Part shown: one piece after another, positions 12,850 to 26,894 of the stretch
How positions within the stretch are numbered: position 1 is the stretch's first letter
Layout of the letters: every line of letters begins with the position of its first letter
Origin: the human T2T-CHM13v2.0 reference genome, Homo sapiens
Assembly (NCBI RefSeq): GCF_009914755.1
Contig: NC_060931.1
DNA: 64,000 nt
Direction: 5' to 3' (one strand)
Made by a program: the position numbers and the translations under genes
The notes under the pieces: generated by a model
What the model was told of the DNA's origin: nothing
What the model saw: only the letters and a program-made list of their open reading frames with translations
The model's database searches: none

Positions 12850-13960
12850 GGAGGTAGTGAATGTGTGTGTGCGTGTCTGCCGGAGGTCACATGACGGTTT
12901 CATTCTATTTGGTGGAGCAGCTTGACTTTTTTTCCCCTTGCTTTTGGTGATGGTTGTGAGTGCAGAAGTTGATTGACAGATGCATGCCAGAAACCCCCAT
13001 TCTCCTTTTCAAAGACAACATATGATGGATTGCGATCTCTCAGCGCAGCAGGACACGGGGACCATGCAAGCTGTAATTGGTCAGGTATGGAGTCAGCCAT
13101 TTCTCAACTCCCCTTTTTTCCACAAGGGTCTCACCATATGATTCACATAATTCATATTTACAGTACCATCTTTCTATCTGTATCTTCAGCTACCTGCCAG
13201 TGTAGTGCTGAAAGTGCGAAAGGCAAAAGGCACCCATTAAATCTGACCAGGGAAACCTCAGCTTAAAACTTCAATGCGATCCTTTTAAACAAAAACTAAA
13301 ACAACAACAAAAACACTGGAGAATAAATCTAATTTATAATTTGGTCTGAATGTTTCTTAAAAATCTATTTTAGAAATTTGCTTTCTTTTTGGATTTTGAT
13401 CTCTGAAAGAAAGTGCGAGAAGAGAATCAAGTGTGGTTTCCTAGGTAGTAGTTAATATTTTTCTAATGCTGTTCAATATTTTTATTTTGACTGTGCTCTC
13501 TCCTTCTCTCTTTCTCTCCCTCTCTCCCTTTCTCCATATGGGAAATATAAATATATAAATACATGTGCCTTGACTTCTAACCCAGATAATGTGTGATTGA
13601 GCCCGGTAAATGTAGTAGTAGTCTTGGCTGCTGCAGAAGGGCAGGCTGCAAATTAAACACTGTCACAATCTTGAAAGGTCCAGGTGGTCTGCTCGCGCTT
13701 CCTAATGCAATCCAGCACAGCAGCTTTAATAAACAGCTCCATTTAGTGCCTCCTCCTTGTATCTAGGGAGGTGAGCTGGTCTGGGGCTGCTGTGATGAAA
13801 TGCCAGAAGAATATCTCTCAGAGGCCTCACAAGCTGATTTTTAGAGCTTTCCCGCTCTGTCGTCTTTGTCTTCCAAATGGGTCAGTGAATCTTGCTCTTT
13901 CTGTTTGGTGCTTTCCGTGAAGTCAGTAGTTTATGTTTGTGTTAAAATGTTTGCGTTGTA
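12850..13960 (+). promoter_or_regulatory. Candidate second promoter / non-coding first exon ending at donor GAG|GTGAGC (13770/13771)
   Basis: Repeat-free, locally CpG-containing; E-box GTCACATGAC 12886-12895; CT-rich tract and TATA-like tataaa near 13.55 kb; consensus 5' splice site. Confidence 0.45.
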
Positions 13961-16900
13961 AGCTAAATCAGAAAACGAAAAGGATCATTGTATTTTCATT
14001 TGCCTTCAGATAACTAAAGTGGTGGAAGGAAGGATAGTACCCTCCTGCAAAGGGAGGGTGATTTTTCTGACTATGATGGGGGTGGGGTAAGGAAAAAGGA
14101 AATATACATGGTTTCTTTTCTTTTTTGTAATGTATTTTTGACTAAATTTTTCTAAGTTATCTATGTTTACTTATGGATTGTTAACTCATAAACCAGACTA
14201 TGGTCACGAATATTTATAAACTCCTAAAAGTTTTTTTTTTGTACACTTTCCAATCAAGACAAGCTGGCAAGGCAATGACATAAAATTTGTTTGCTTTATG
14301 TTAATAGCATGGTGGAAAATATATCATCTTATTCTGTTTTCAACAAAATTATAGAAAAGCACTTCAGGGTTCTGAAAGCACATGGTTTATTAATACCAGC
14401 ATGCTTGCTTCATAATGTATTTTTAGATGGAAAATGTCAAATACATAATACCATGTTTTCACAGGCTCACACTATTTTAAAAGAAGTAGATATTTGCTTC
14501 GACAGAGAAATATTTTTTAAAACTTTCAAGTTAATTTTTGTTCTATAAGCATATATAAAGTGAAGTCTCTAGGCAGGAGAAAATATATAAACTGATTTTA
14601 TATACTCTTAATACCTGTTTCAATGTAAGTACTCACTGACGAGCAAATATATCAAATATAGCTAAAATAATTGTGGTGTAGGGAATGAAATAAATATCTG
14701 TTACAATAGATGACTTTTGCATATTGAAATAAAACTTGAGCCCCTGATCACTGTCTTGTCCTGTTTAATAAAACTTTTCTTAGGTTGCAGGTCCTGTCTT
14801 CTGTATGGCATAGTTATGGTTCTTAATACCGTGCAGAATTACTGTACTTCAATCTCTAATAAGAATAGGATTTCCTTTTTCTATATATTTCTGGTGAAAA
14901 AATCAGGAAAGTCACTTGTAGTTTGTTATTCAGTATTGTTTATTGGAAATCAATTGTAAAGGCATATACTTTTTAAAGGCTCAGGTATATACTTAAAAAA
15001 ATGAATCAGGACATATTTTTACAGATAGTAGGCTTAACTTCTAATTTGTCAGGATTTAAAATTAGTTATTATTACATAGCTCTGTATTTTGTATGTACTC
15101 TTTAGTATAATTGTTAAAGGTTCCACATGTCTAAGAACTCTACAGGTTAATGACTTCTTATGAATACATTGTAAATAGTTGCATCAAAGTAGTCACATGC
15201 TTTCTGAAGGTGTTATTTCTCATAATTTGTTAAAAACGCCTCAAAATGCCAAGTCAGTAAATTACAAAAGCAATTGTGCTGAAGGTTGTAAACATTTCTG
15301 TGCTAAAATGTACAAACTAGAATGCTGATTTTTTATTTGAAATTGAAACAGTAAGTATTTAAAAGGAAAGAAGAATAGAATATTGTCCTATATGTATACC
15401 ATAAAAGTCAGAAAGTCTATATTGAAACCATATCTAGAAATATAAAAAAGAAAGGTGGTATACATATTTGAAGTGGATTCATTTCAATAGTTACAGCACA
15501 GATAAGTGTATTTACTCAAATGATTACTTCTAACAATAGGGAAAAGAATGTGAAAATAATTTTTATTGCTCTGCTGTCACTCAAAACCAGAAAGGGATGG
15601 TTTATTTTTTAGCTCTTGTCTTAAATATCGTCTTATATCTACTCAGCAGGTGTGAACAAGCCCATTTAATAATGCAAATGTTTGTGTTTGTTTCTGCTCA
15701 AATACGTTTTGGAATAATTATTATTTTTGTCTTTTTTTTTTCCTGTTCTGAGTGCTGTTCCTAGATGGCTTTGGGTTGGAGGAGCAAATAACCAGTTTTC
15801 AGTCAGAATATTGAAAGATTCCCATGAAGTATGAGCTTTAGGTTTTTTCATTCACTCCTAGGATGAAATATCCACAGTTGCTTCCACTGTAGGGAAGAGT
15901 AGACTTTTCTGTTTCTGGCCATGATCCAGCTCAGGACACAGCGCTGGCTTCACAGAGTAGAAATTGCTCATATATGCCTTTCCCCTAGGATTTCTCCTCC
16001 CCCAAGCAAGCAATTAAGCAGTCTAGTACTTGGAAGAACAAACTCCCTGCCTAGTATATCAAGATGAAGAAACTTGGTTCATTCACACAATTTTTGGAAA
16101 TCAAATCAGATTTCTGATAGCAATTACCTGTAGTTAGCTTCCTAACCCCTTGAAGGTAGGATGGATTGTTATTCATGGGATGATTTTCAATTCAATTCAA
16201 TTACACAGTTAATCAGTTTCTGATCGTTGGTTTGATTATCATTTAGAAATGAAGACTTGCATTTCCATCTCTTATGGCCATGTTTAGTGCTTCGTTTCTT
16301 TTTTTTGCAGACCTGAGCTTGTGAGTGACAGATTAGTTCATCAGTACTGCGGACCTCCTGTTTTTGTTTTTTCTCATCTCATACAGTCGGGTCACTGTGT
16401 CCAATACTCCTTCTGGCACTGCTGTCCCCAGAGGACTTAGGCAGCCCACCATCCTGATGCACAGGCCTGAGGGTCCCTGTTGGCTTCACGTCTATAGACT
16501 GACTTTTGCAAATATTGCAGAACAGAGGATATTAAATTAGTTGTTAATAAAAACAACAGATGAACCAAATTAGATGAAAATATTTATCAAGTATATCTAA
16601 GAGTTTGCTGGGAGTGAGAGAGAGACAGCTGGATAAAGTGATCATGGATGCACTTCCAGTTGACATTGCTAAAGTACTAGTAGAAGAGAGAAGAGACCAC
16701 ACATTCTATATTTTAATAGCATTAGAAGTGCAGTAAAAAGCTGTTTACAATTTCCCTTACTGGTACAATGGGTCTTTTATTTTTCAAAGTACATTTCGAC
16801 CATGTGAAGTGTTGTAAAGTTGTACATCAGAAAACTAATGCAAATGTCTCAGACAGTGCTCAGTATGTGTGCATGCATTTGGCTTAACAGTATCTCCATG

Positions 16901-19900
16901 TATGTTTTCTTATATGGAGATTTTAAAACACACAAATATTTCACCGTTATAGCATCAAAACAATTAATTTTACATAGAGGTTTGTTTATACCATCCCTTG
17001 TTCCAAAAAGTATTTAATGTAGATTTAATAATAATTTGCTTACCTAAAATATGCTCAAATTGATGTGTGATGCAAGTGGTCTAGGGAGAGGGGACACTGG
17101 CTCTCATAACACATTTGAAGATTGCCCTCTGTCAATTTAGACTGATATTCGTGCCTTACATATAAAAATGAAACACTGGGGCTAACCTAACCCTGTTTTA
17201 CTCATGTGAAGCATAATTCCCATATACTCTTAAAAAAAGTCATTTTTGTGGGTGTGAATGCCTGTATTTTTGAAACTGACAGATTGCTTCAACAAATTTA
17301 TGTATTTTGGGAGTGTGAAATTATTACTGCTTTAATTTTATTGAGAATACTTTTTCCCCAAGGTATTATGGATGGATGGTATACTAGAAAAAATACAGAT
17401 TAATTAAGGATTATTCTTTCTTATACATACTGGTGCTAGTATTCTTTTGGTAAGTTCCAGACTGACCAAAATTGAATTTGTACTATGTATTGTTTATTGA
17501 CCTAAAAAACTTCACTTAATATTTCATTCATACTTATAGGAAAGTCTTATGTTAACATTTTACATTTCACCAGATGGACTTAATTTTTATTATGTTTAGA
17601 ATTTTTAAAAATTAAAGCAGACATTTAAATGGTAAAGTCAATTTTGTCCATTTAAGTAAAATTTAACAATATAGTAATACTACTATCCAATAATGTTAAT
17701 ACTAAACAACAATTAGATGAACTTGGGTCTTGAAACTAAATTTTCTTTTCTATCTCTAAGGTCAATTAATGAAACTCTCTGTACCATTCAATTATCATTT
17801 TCAATGCTTAAGAACTTAAAACTTTTTTATTCTTACCTCTAACATATGCAGAGAGGTGGCTGCAACTTTTAGAATACAAATGCTTACAAAAGAAAGTTTG
17901 CATGTAATAAGTTTCCTGCGTGTAAAATCTATAATATTTGTTTCAGAGGTCAGTGAAGGATGTTTCTTCACTGACCTTTTCTTTGCTATGTAAACTGCAT
18001 ATTACCAGTTTCAAGTATTTTTCTCTTTATTGCTTACAAAAATTGGAATATAATTAACATGTCTGCAAATACTGAAAAACTTCACTTTTCAATTGCATTG
18101 TGATATTGTACAAGCTGTTACTCTTTTCTAATGCTTGATTGAGTAGAAAATAAAGTTGGGACATAAAGTGCAAACATGAAAGGATCAGACTTGAAGAAAC
18201 AATGTGCAAAAAGATAAATATTGACTTTAATTTGAACGCTAAAAGAAAATCCAAATTACACAACTTCTAAATTAATTTGTAATTTATGGCCAAATCTTTA
18301 CTTGGGAGATAATAGCTGCTCTATATATAATCTCAAACCTGGATTTATGTTCTTTTTCCCTTCCCTCCCTCCCTACATCCCTTTCTTCCTTTCTGCTTTT
18401 GTTCCTGCCTCCCTCCTTTCTTTTTTTTTTTTGTAGGTGAAATGTGTATCCAATAAAGTAAATTACCAACTCAAGTTTGCTCTGTTAGCCTATGTAAATT
18501 GCTCTGTTGAGCCATATTGTCTTAAACTGATCCAAAATTGTAATCAAGATTTGTACCAGTTTTGCTTTTTACACATTTCTTCTGCATCTCAATTTGAAGA
18601 AGCGGTTGCGAGTGAAACACTATCACTACATTTCAGTAAAGATTTATTTTTCTTTTTATTATTTTCTTGTTCTTCCCAGTTCCACAATGTGAGCCAATTG
18701 TGGTGAATATTGCTTAATTTTTACTGGAAAAATTCCTTCCTGGTTTTCTGTATGCTTGTGTTATTTTTCCACACCCCACTTATAAATGATCATATTATTG
18801 TTATTTCAGGGATAGCACTTCTCATAAACGTAAAACCATTGTATGTAAGTAATAGCAAAATAATTGAAAACATCTTTGATTATTTACATTAAAGGAAATT
18901 CTCTAGGTTTTAAAACACTTGTTTTTCAGGTTGGCTGGTCTTCAGAAAATAGCTTTTTGTTTTATCAGTAGCTTTAAAACCCCCATGGTATGAAAGATTC
19001 TTTCTTCAAAAGACAGACATTAGCTGTTGATACTTGGCACTGATTCTAGGTGAAATGCAACCCTATTCCTTTCAACAGCACTTTTTTAATTATAAGACAA
19101 AAAAAATTGAAGATCAACTGAGTATTCTCACTTTCACCTATTTTCAGCCTTCCCCCGACCCAGGAGGTACATTTTTCCCATGGGAAAAAGTACCCACATA
19201 ATTTCCAGCACTTCCCTAGTCCTAGGGTCAAAGATGCAAATAAACGTGTTGACACCTTTAATGAAAAGGATATAGTCGCTCAAAAGTATTGCTCTGACAT
19301 TTTGTTCTCCTTCTTCACTGCCATTTCTCCATCAGCTTTTCTTCTCTTTTCCACTGTGAACCAGAGTCAGTTTGATGAGTAATAAGTGAAAAGCGAAATC
19401 TTTGTGGGCTTCCCAGGCAGGAAAGGGCACTGGAAAGAGAGACAAGACCTCGAGCAAAACAAAGCAAAAAGGCAGCAGAAAACTCACCAATATACTTGCT
19501 TCTTTAGTTTATATTTCTAAGTTATTTTGTAAGCTTACCTCATCTCACCTAGCAATTCAAATCACACACAAAAAATACAGTGAAATAATACGTTAGCACA
19601 GGAAAACTAGAATTAAAAAACAAAGTCTAAGAAAAGGCCTCACAGTGCTTGTGCTGTACACAAATTTCAATATTAAGGAAAACTTTTCTTTAAATCTTTA
19701 GAGTTTTTACAAGAGGTTAGCCAGTGCTCCGATGCTGTGAAATAGTACTTATTATTTCTGGAGTTTAATATGATGTTGACCCTGCATATTTTATGACTTT
19801 GATTTTTGATGAATAATTTAAAACTATTTTTAGAAGAAAATATTTATCTCTAACATCTAAAAACTTAGAGAAACAGGTATATTTTTAAAAGAATACATAC

Positions 19901-21250
19901 CTGTTAAATGGTGTTTTTAGCATTGATCAGAACTCAGGCAAATTCCTGTTCAAAAGAACAAAGCACAACATTTATAGGGAGCTTAGTTTTCAGTGCAGAA
20001 TTCATATACAGATTTTTTTAAAGGAAGTAGGTTTTTGTTGAGAGTAAAAGGTAAATATTGTACCAAGACAGAAGCAAGGATACCAGAAGCCGTAATTGAT
20101 ACTGAGGAAATATGAGAAAAGTAGATATTTCTTAATTCTTCAGTTCTTTTCCTCCAAATTGGAAGGGCAGAATGGGCAAGAATGGAGCTGGACACACAAT
20201 AGTAGGGACTATGGCACGCCAAACTTGCTTCAGACACAGCTAGTTAATTTTGTAAGTCTTAAATAATACTAGAAAACAAGCCTCTTTCAACCTTTTCTCC
20301 AAAAGGTTGAGAGTTAGGACAAATGTAAAATGCTGCTTAATGGGCACAAATAAAACAAGAACATCAAACTCATTTCACTTAGTGTCAGTCCTGATGATTC
20401 ATCATTATGGTCAGGGCGAACTCTGGTCTTTGGGCCGAAACAATTTTATCCATTAAAAAAAAATCCAGAATGTTCCAGCTTGAATCTTATATCCTTAGGG
20501 TTACAATATTGAATTCCGAATCGGGAAACTTAATCTTGCAGCCAGATTTGACAAGATGCTGGTTGAATGGTGGGCAGAAGTGATGATTGTGGGATGAAAT
20601 GCCCTAGGTCAGAATTTGAGAAAAATAAGAGATTTTGTGAAAGTTTGGCTGTGATATAAGAATGCCAAGTTTGAAAATTTCTCTCTGTTCATATCAGCAG
20701 ATGGTGTTCCAGGGTCTTAAAAGTAAATCTCTGCTGTATTCATTTTCTCTGTTTCAATATTTCTTGAACAAAGTGAGTCTTTACACATTCTTAGGTGCAT
20801 TTCTTGGTGTATTTCTAGAACTGCTAATACAAGAGGTGTTTGTAGTAATATTCAGAAGGTTTCTGGGAACGAAGGCTAATATGGCTCAAATCCCAAACAG
20901 TCCTACATTGTTCCTAGGTAATATATTAATCCTCAATTCAAGAACTAAAGTTGTGATTTCTTTTCTGAAAACTTTTTTCATTTGTAAACAAACCTATATC
21001 TAGATTCCTAGTGACGAAAGAATTTAGAGTAAAAATGAAAATGAGGCAGTCTAGCAATCTAATTCATTAACACACACGCACACTCACAGACATACTTTAA
21101 ACATTTTGGGAATACTTGACTATTTAACCTCTAATAATCTAAAAATATTTTGTCTCTGTTTTCAATCTTAGTACCTGAAAAAATTATGACAGATGTTTAC
21201 TTAAAATACTCCTCTCAACTTGGTTGAGAATGGAAAAATACTTTGCAACT

Positions 21251-21349
21251 TTTTTGTTTTTGTTTTGAGATGAGGTCTTGCCATGTTGCTGAGGCTGGCT
21301 GTGAACTCCTGGGCTCAAGAGACGCTCCCACCTCAGCCTCCTGAGTAGT
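21251..21349 (-). mobile_element. FLAM/Alu monomer fragment
   Basis: gagatgaggtcttgccatgttg...gaactcctgggctcaag...cctcagcctcc. Confidence 0.85.
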
Positions 21350-21589
21350 ACTTTGCAGCTGTTAAACATCAAGTTTGTGGTAAGAATTCGAGTACATAGT
21401 CGATTGGAAAACTGCAAACGTATGAATATTGTGGTTATTTCCTTCCAAAAACAGGGGGGCTCTTTGGTTTGCAATGTACTGCCATTTGTACTAGTGCTGA
21501 AACCTATCAACTGCAATTGCTTTCTCCCTTTCTACCTTTATTTATCAAATAGAATTTAAACAGCTAGTTCAGGCAGAGAGTGGAACATC

Positions 21590-22030
21590 TGAGTAAAAGT
21601 GACAGTACATGAACGCAATTCTTATATGCACGTGATTGAAGTGAGTTAATTACATGGTAGACTCCTATGAGTATTTTTGAATTTTTTACTAAAAAATTAT
21701 AACAGTAATTTCTGCATATGGCAAACCATTGCAATAGCACAGAATAATATAAAGTGGAAAGTAAAGTATCCTGATTCCACTCGCCACAAATAACCACTGT
21801 TAACTATTTCTTATATATCCTTCCAGAGATTTTCTGTGCATGTATATGCAATCCTTACACAACCCAAGTAGAACTATACTATACATAGAGTTCTGCAACT
21901 TACTTTTACATATAAAAAATATTTTGAACCTCTTCTCATGTGACTATGAATAGATCTGCATCCTTCTCTGTAGTACTCCCTTTTATGGATATACAGTGAT
22001 TTATTTAACCAGTTCTCTCTTGATCTAGCT
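21590..22030 (-). mobile_element. Old L1 (L1ME-like) 3' end
   Basis: taaccactgttaac...tatatccttccagag...atttatttaaccagttc. Confidence 0.5.
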
Positions 22031-23074
22031 TTTAAAAATAAGTTAGTCTCTGCAATCAGTCTAACAAGTAGAGAAGTTTCATTTCTCTTAACATAAAAGA
22101 TTTCAGAATTTTCCAAATAGGATTTGTTTGAGCAGAAGAACTCATAAATAGTGTCTCCTGAGAGAAGGTTAAGTGTAATGTTAAAAGTGAAGAGTAGCTT
22201 TATGCCACAAGAAAAGATACTTATCATCTATATATTGAATACTCAAACCAATTAAAATAGCAATAAAGATCACAATATTTTATTTAGTAACAAAGAGGTA
22301 AGAATGACAGAGAATGGCGTAAAGAGCTGGTTCTCAGTCAGACACACTGTGACTTGAAAACCTTTATGTTTGCTCCAAGCCACCAAACTCAACTGAACAA
22401 AATGCTTGTTATTTTCTTTCATGAGCCTCAATGCTGTTTATTAAGATAATTGACATAGATGTATGTTTCCAATGCATGATTCAGTTAGTGTATCTAGATT
22501 AGTGAAAAAGAGACCAGAAGAAATTCATGGTAATTAATGTCAGTTAAATTTCTGTTTTCTGTATTTCATATTGTCAGACCAATCCTTCAACCCTGATTCA
22601 TAAGTTAAATAATGCAGTCACAAGCAGGGCTAAATAAAAACATGTAATGAGACTTAGCTCTTGAATTCTACTAATTTAGGGTTCTGAGAAGGTAGACAAA
22701 GTGTACATTATTGAAATATTCCAGAGAATGTAAAAAGTTATGTTTTACGTTTCTTTTAGGATATGTCTCTGCTCGTTCTCTTTAATTACGTCACCTCACA
22801 TATACTAAGAAGACAGTAACGTAGGTGGTAATGAAATCTTATATTTGAATAAAAGATGGGAGTGTGAGCTGACCATGCCATCTTTCCCTACACAGACTTC
22901 CAGAATTGAGCCTATGGAACTGTCCATTGGGTAGGTGTGTTCTTTTTCCCTCTTGTTTCTTCCTTCCAGATGCTAAGACAAGTATGCTTCATCTGTAGAT
23001 TTAAAGGTAGCTGGCTTCTTTGCCTGGAGCTTAAAACGGGCTTTTAAGAACAAATTGCAGAGTATGGCTTTAAT

Positions 23075-23250
23075 ATTAATGATCTTCTTTGAACCCCACA
23101 GCTTTAGAAGTAAGTACAGATCATCATCCCCATTTTATAGAAGTGGAAGCTGGCTCAGAGAGGTTATGTGTCTTATTTGTAGCCATATTGCTAAGGAGTG
23201 GAAGAAATGAGACTTGAACTCATGTCATTTTCTAAAGTTTCACTGTTTCC
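23075..23250 (-). mobile_element. MIR
   Basis: atccccattttatag...ggctcagagaggtta. Confidence 0.7.
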
Positions 23251-23261
23251 CTCTGCCTGCC

Positions 23262-23410
23262 TTTTAGAACCACCAGGGGAAACCTTTAAAAATCTACTGA
23301 TGTGAAGGACTCATTCTCAGAAATTCTGGTTCTATTTATCTGGGTGGAGCTTGGGTATTAGTATTTTTAAAAAGCTTTACAGGTGATTCTAGTGCACTCT
23401 ATACCCCTAT
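23262..23410. mobile_element. MER5-family (hAT-Charlie) MITE
   Basis: ttagaaccaccagggg...ttctggttc...tctgggtggagc...caggtgattct. Confidence 0.7.
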
Positions 23411-23629
23411 GAAAATTGAACAATGTAACCCCTCCTGCCCCCCGCCAATCATAAATCAACAGCAGAAGAGGAATGGAGGGAATGTAGTCTGGTATTCATT
23501 TCATGTATCCCTGTGTGTCTGTGTGTGTTTCAGTGGGGCTGTTGTAAACTTTCTTGAATGTCTAATGTTTAATACTATTTTTCATCCAGAAAAGGGCTAA
23601 ATATTTACCCATCCAAAAAACAACAGTAG

Positions 23630-23850
23630 TAATAATCTACCAATAAGTGAGCACTTACTAGGTGCCAGGCACTTTGCTGGTATAATTTAATCCTCACGCC
23701 AGGTCTGTAAGGTAGGTACTGTTGTTATTTCCATTTTAGCAAGTAGAAAGCTGAGGCTAAGGACGTGGCGCAAGGCCCTGCAAGACAGTAAGTGGCAAAG
23801 TTGGAATTGGTCCGGAGAATGCTGGAGACCAGGTATAAATCCTTAATCAT
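23630..23850 (-). mobile_element. MIR
   Basis: gagcacttactaggtgccaggcact...tttaatcctcac...ctgaggct. Confidence 0.8.
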
Positions 23851-24816
23851 ATGCAAAATCACACAATTGAAACATGGCCGTAACATTACCTGTGGAAAGT
23901 GTCATCTCTTTATGAAAGCTGATTTCATTACAGCAACATCTCATTTACTCCCTCCCTGACTTCCTCCTTCCTTTCCTCTTTTTCCTCCTCCTACTGTTGC
24001 CATCAATAACTGTTGTACTTGGGCTCCAAATGGTGTCCTGGAAGATGATCCTTTTGTAAAATGTAAAATGGTAGACCCGTTGGGGAGTGGAAGGGTGGAG
24101 GAGCAAATCGGTGCTCTTTGATAGCTTTCGTCAAAGAGCTGCTCCTAACTTTGAGGCTAGGAGCCACACTAGCCTCAAATAGTTGATGTCCCAATCCTCC
24201 ATGAGCTATGCCTTTAGATGTGTCCGACTTCAAATACAGTGTCCCAAGTTATTTTCACAAATAAGTTTGTAAGTGCCCCATGTCACAGTCAGATGCCTTT
24301 AGACTTATAAAGTAATCTGAGTACAGAGATGTATAAATTCTCTGAATAAATAAATTATTCTTTTGTTAAATAATAATTATTTAATTGTTTAATAATTAAA
24401 ACTATTCTTTTATTAAAATTATCACCTTTAGTAAATAGGGCAGCCATAAAACAAATAAGATCAAAAGCTAAGATGGTTTCATAAGTGACATAATAGAATA
24501 GATATTTGGGATTATAAAATAGCATTTGAGAGAAATCACACCTTTTCATGATCAGTTTTAATAATTTTTGCAATTTGCTTCACTTTGTTTCTCAAAGCTG
24601 GAAGAAATTTTTTAGGGATAAATTATTTGAGTGACTTTAAGAAGTGATTTGGAAATATCTGTTAAAAGTATTCTTTAACTCTCATTTCTGCATATGAGAG
24701 TTTACCTATTAATGCATATAGAGGTTATACAAATAAAATATATCCTGAGAAGTAAGATATATATATATATAGAAAGAGAGACAGAGAGAGAGTAGTAGGA
24801 TATTAGGCACTGTTCT

Positions 24817-24818
24817 GT

Positions 24819-24870
<52 letters not shown>

Positions 24871-24873
24871 GTG
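24817..24873. repeat. (TG)n microsatellite, interrupted
   Basis: Direct inspection. Confidence 0.95.
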
Positions 24874-26863
24874 GAAAATTCCCATGCGTAATTTCAGGAA
24901 AGGCTTGAAAACAGGTTCATATCTTTAAAATGCTGATGGAGTCTGAACTATTTGAGATTCATAGCTTCAGGAACTCTTTTATCTTTTGATAAATTAACAT
25001 TCTGTCAATCATCTATCATCTGTATATCTATCATCTTTTAACTGATTAAGATTCTTGCCTAAATTTGAAATCAAATTCCACTTATTTGCAAGATAAGTTT
25101 GTTTTCTCCATCCATTCTTCACAAAAACTCAACAAAATTCTGGCCAAATATATGTTGGCACTTCTAAATTCATTTTTATGAAATAATTGTATTGTATCAT
25201 TAAGGATTATGGTGATATGAAGTCAGAGGATTCTACCAAAAAAAGTATATCTTAACTCAAATTTTGGAAAACTTAAAAAAAATCCTGTGGTATTTCTCAT
25301 ATTTTGAATTCAATAAAGGGCATCTTTTATCTGGCTGTTTTCAACTAACCTTTTTCCTGTCAAATGGCATTTTAAACATTGTGGCCCTGGAGATGGAGTG
25401 GGGCTGAAAAAGAGAACTTTCTTTCTACTTAGTAGTTTGAAATGTTCACAAAATGTTATCTTATTTACATTTATGTGTTATGAGTGTAAGGCCAAATAGA
25501 GTGTACTCCTAAATATCTCCTTTCGCTTTTACAAATGATTCAGCCATGCCAGACCTCATGGATATATGGTTAGAAAACAAAATGCTGATTTGGTGAAATA
25601 AATCAACATGATCTTCAACAAAGCACTTACTGCTTTGGAACATCAGAAGGGAACATAATGCTTGGTAGAGACAGCGTTGTTCTTTTTCTTTTTTTGTCTG
25701 GAGCCTGTAATATAATATATCTTATATCTTGTACCGCCACCTCTCCACACCTGCATCCCTCCTTTCAGTGATCACTCTGAATCACAGGGAGGGGACATGG
25801 TCATTGTTCAAACAGATAAGCTGAGCCTTGATACCATCTCCTGCAAGAGCCCAGCAATGCGGGAAATTGGGTTGAATCTTTTGAGAGGGAGTAAAAGAGA
25901 GACGTGTGCTAGAATCCAACACAGTAGACAAGGATACGAGTTGGAGATTTTGTGCATTAAGATCTTGGTAGGTTTTCTCGTCTATTCACATCTCCCTTCC
26001 TTCAATATTTCTTGGTGGTTTTCTTTCTTTCTAGTTGGACCAAATCTTTATAAGAAATAGAGATTTGAAGGAAATATTGAAGACAAGAGACTATGCTGCC
26101 CCCTGGTTATTTGCTTAAAGTCAGCACATTAACTTGATACCATAGCACAAATTATGGGCTCAAATTATTAATATGTTTATGAACAAATGAGCAGAAGAGT
26201 ATGTCCCTAACTTAACCAATTATTATTTATGTTTAGGAACAATTACCATTATACAATAATAAAAAGATAAATACATGCCTCATGCACTCATTTTATTCTA
26301 TTAGAGTTTCAAGGGACAATAAATAAGACCCTTTCTTTAATTTCTTAGTTTGTTTTCATTTAATACTTATAAATCTCATTGAAAACCGTGGCTTTAGACC
26401 TGCAACCAAATTGGTTTGCTAGCATCTTGTGCCCTGCATTTTGATCTTGGTACAGTCTACCAGTGGAAAGTTTGGGTCTGAGGAAGAGACCCATTTACCC
26501 AGGGTTTCTGCTTCCTACTGGGAGTGGGACAAAGAGGAAAAAGATCAAATTCACATATAGGACTAGAGGCCATGAATGTCATACTCTTGTCATGCACCAA
26601 TGTAATACAGAATTGCTCCTCGCATGGGTGAAAAGTATGTTCACATGAAAACCTGAGCCCAGGGGAACAGAGTGCCTCCTCCCACCTTTCTTTATCTGGA
26701 CAATTCCTTCCAGCCAATTTTTTTCAGGAAAGAGTGATATTGGTGTATTATTGAGGCCATTGCCAGACTGAAAATCCAAGCAAAGGGGCTTGAATAGAAT
26801 AGAATTAACGGCTCTTTGTATTTTCAGTTTAGACTGGTGCAGAGATGTTTCTTTTCCTTTCAC

Positions 26864-26894
26864 TTCTCTCTCTCTCTCTCTCTCCCTCTCTCTC
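26864..26894. repeat. (CT)n microsatellite
   Basis: Direct inspection. Confidence 0.9.

Noticed and set aside
16341-16358. RE1/REST-like tcagtactgcggacctcc
   Set aside because: Too many mismatches in the GGACAG half-site to call
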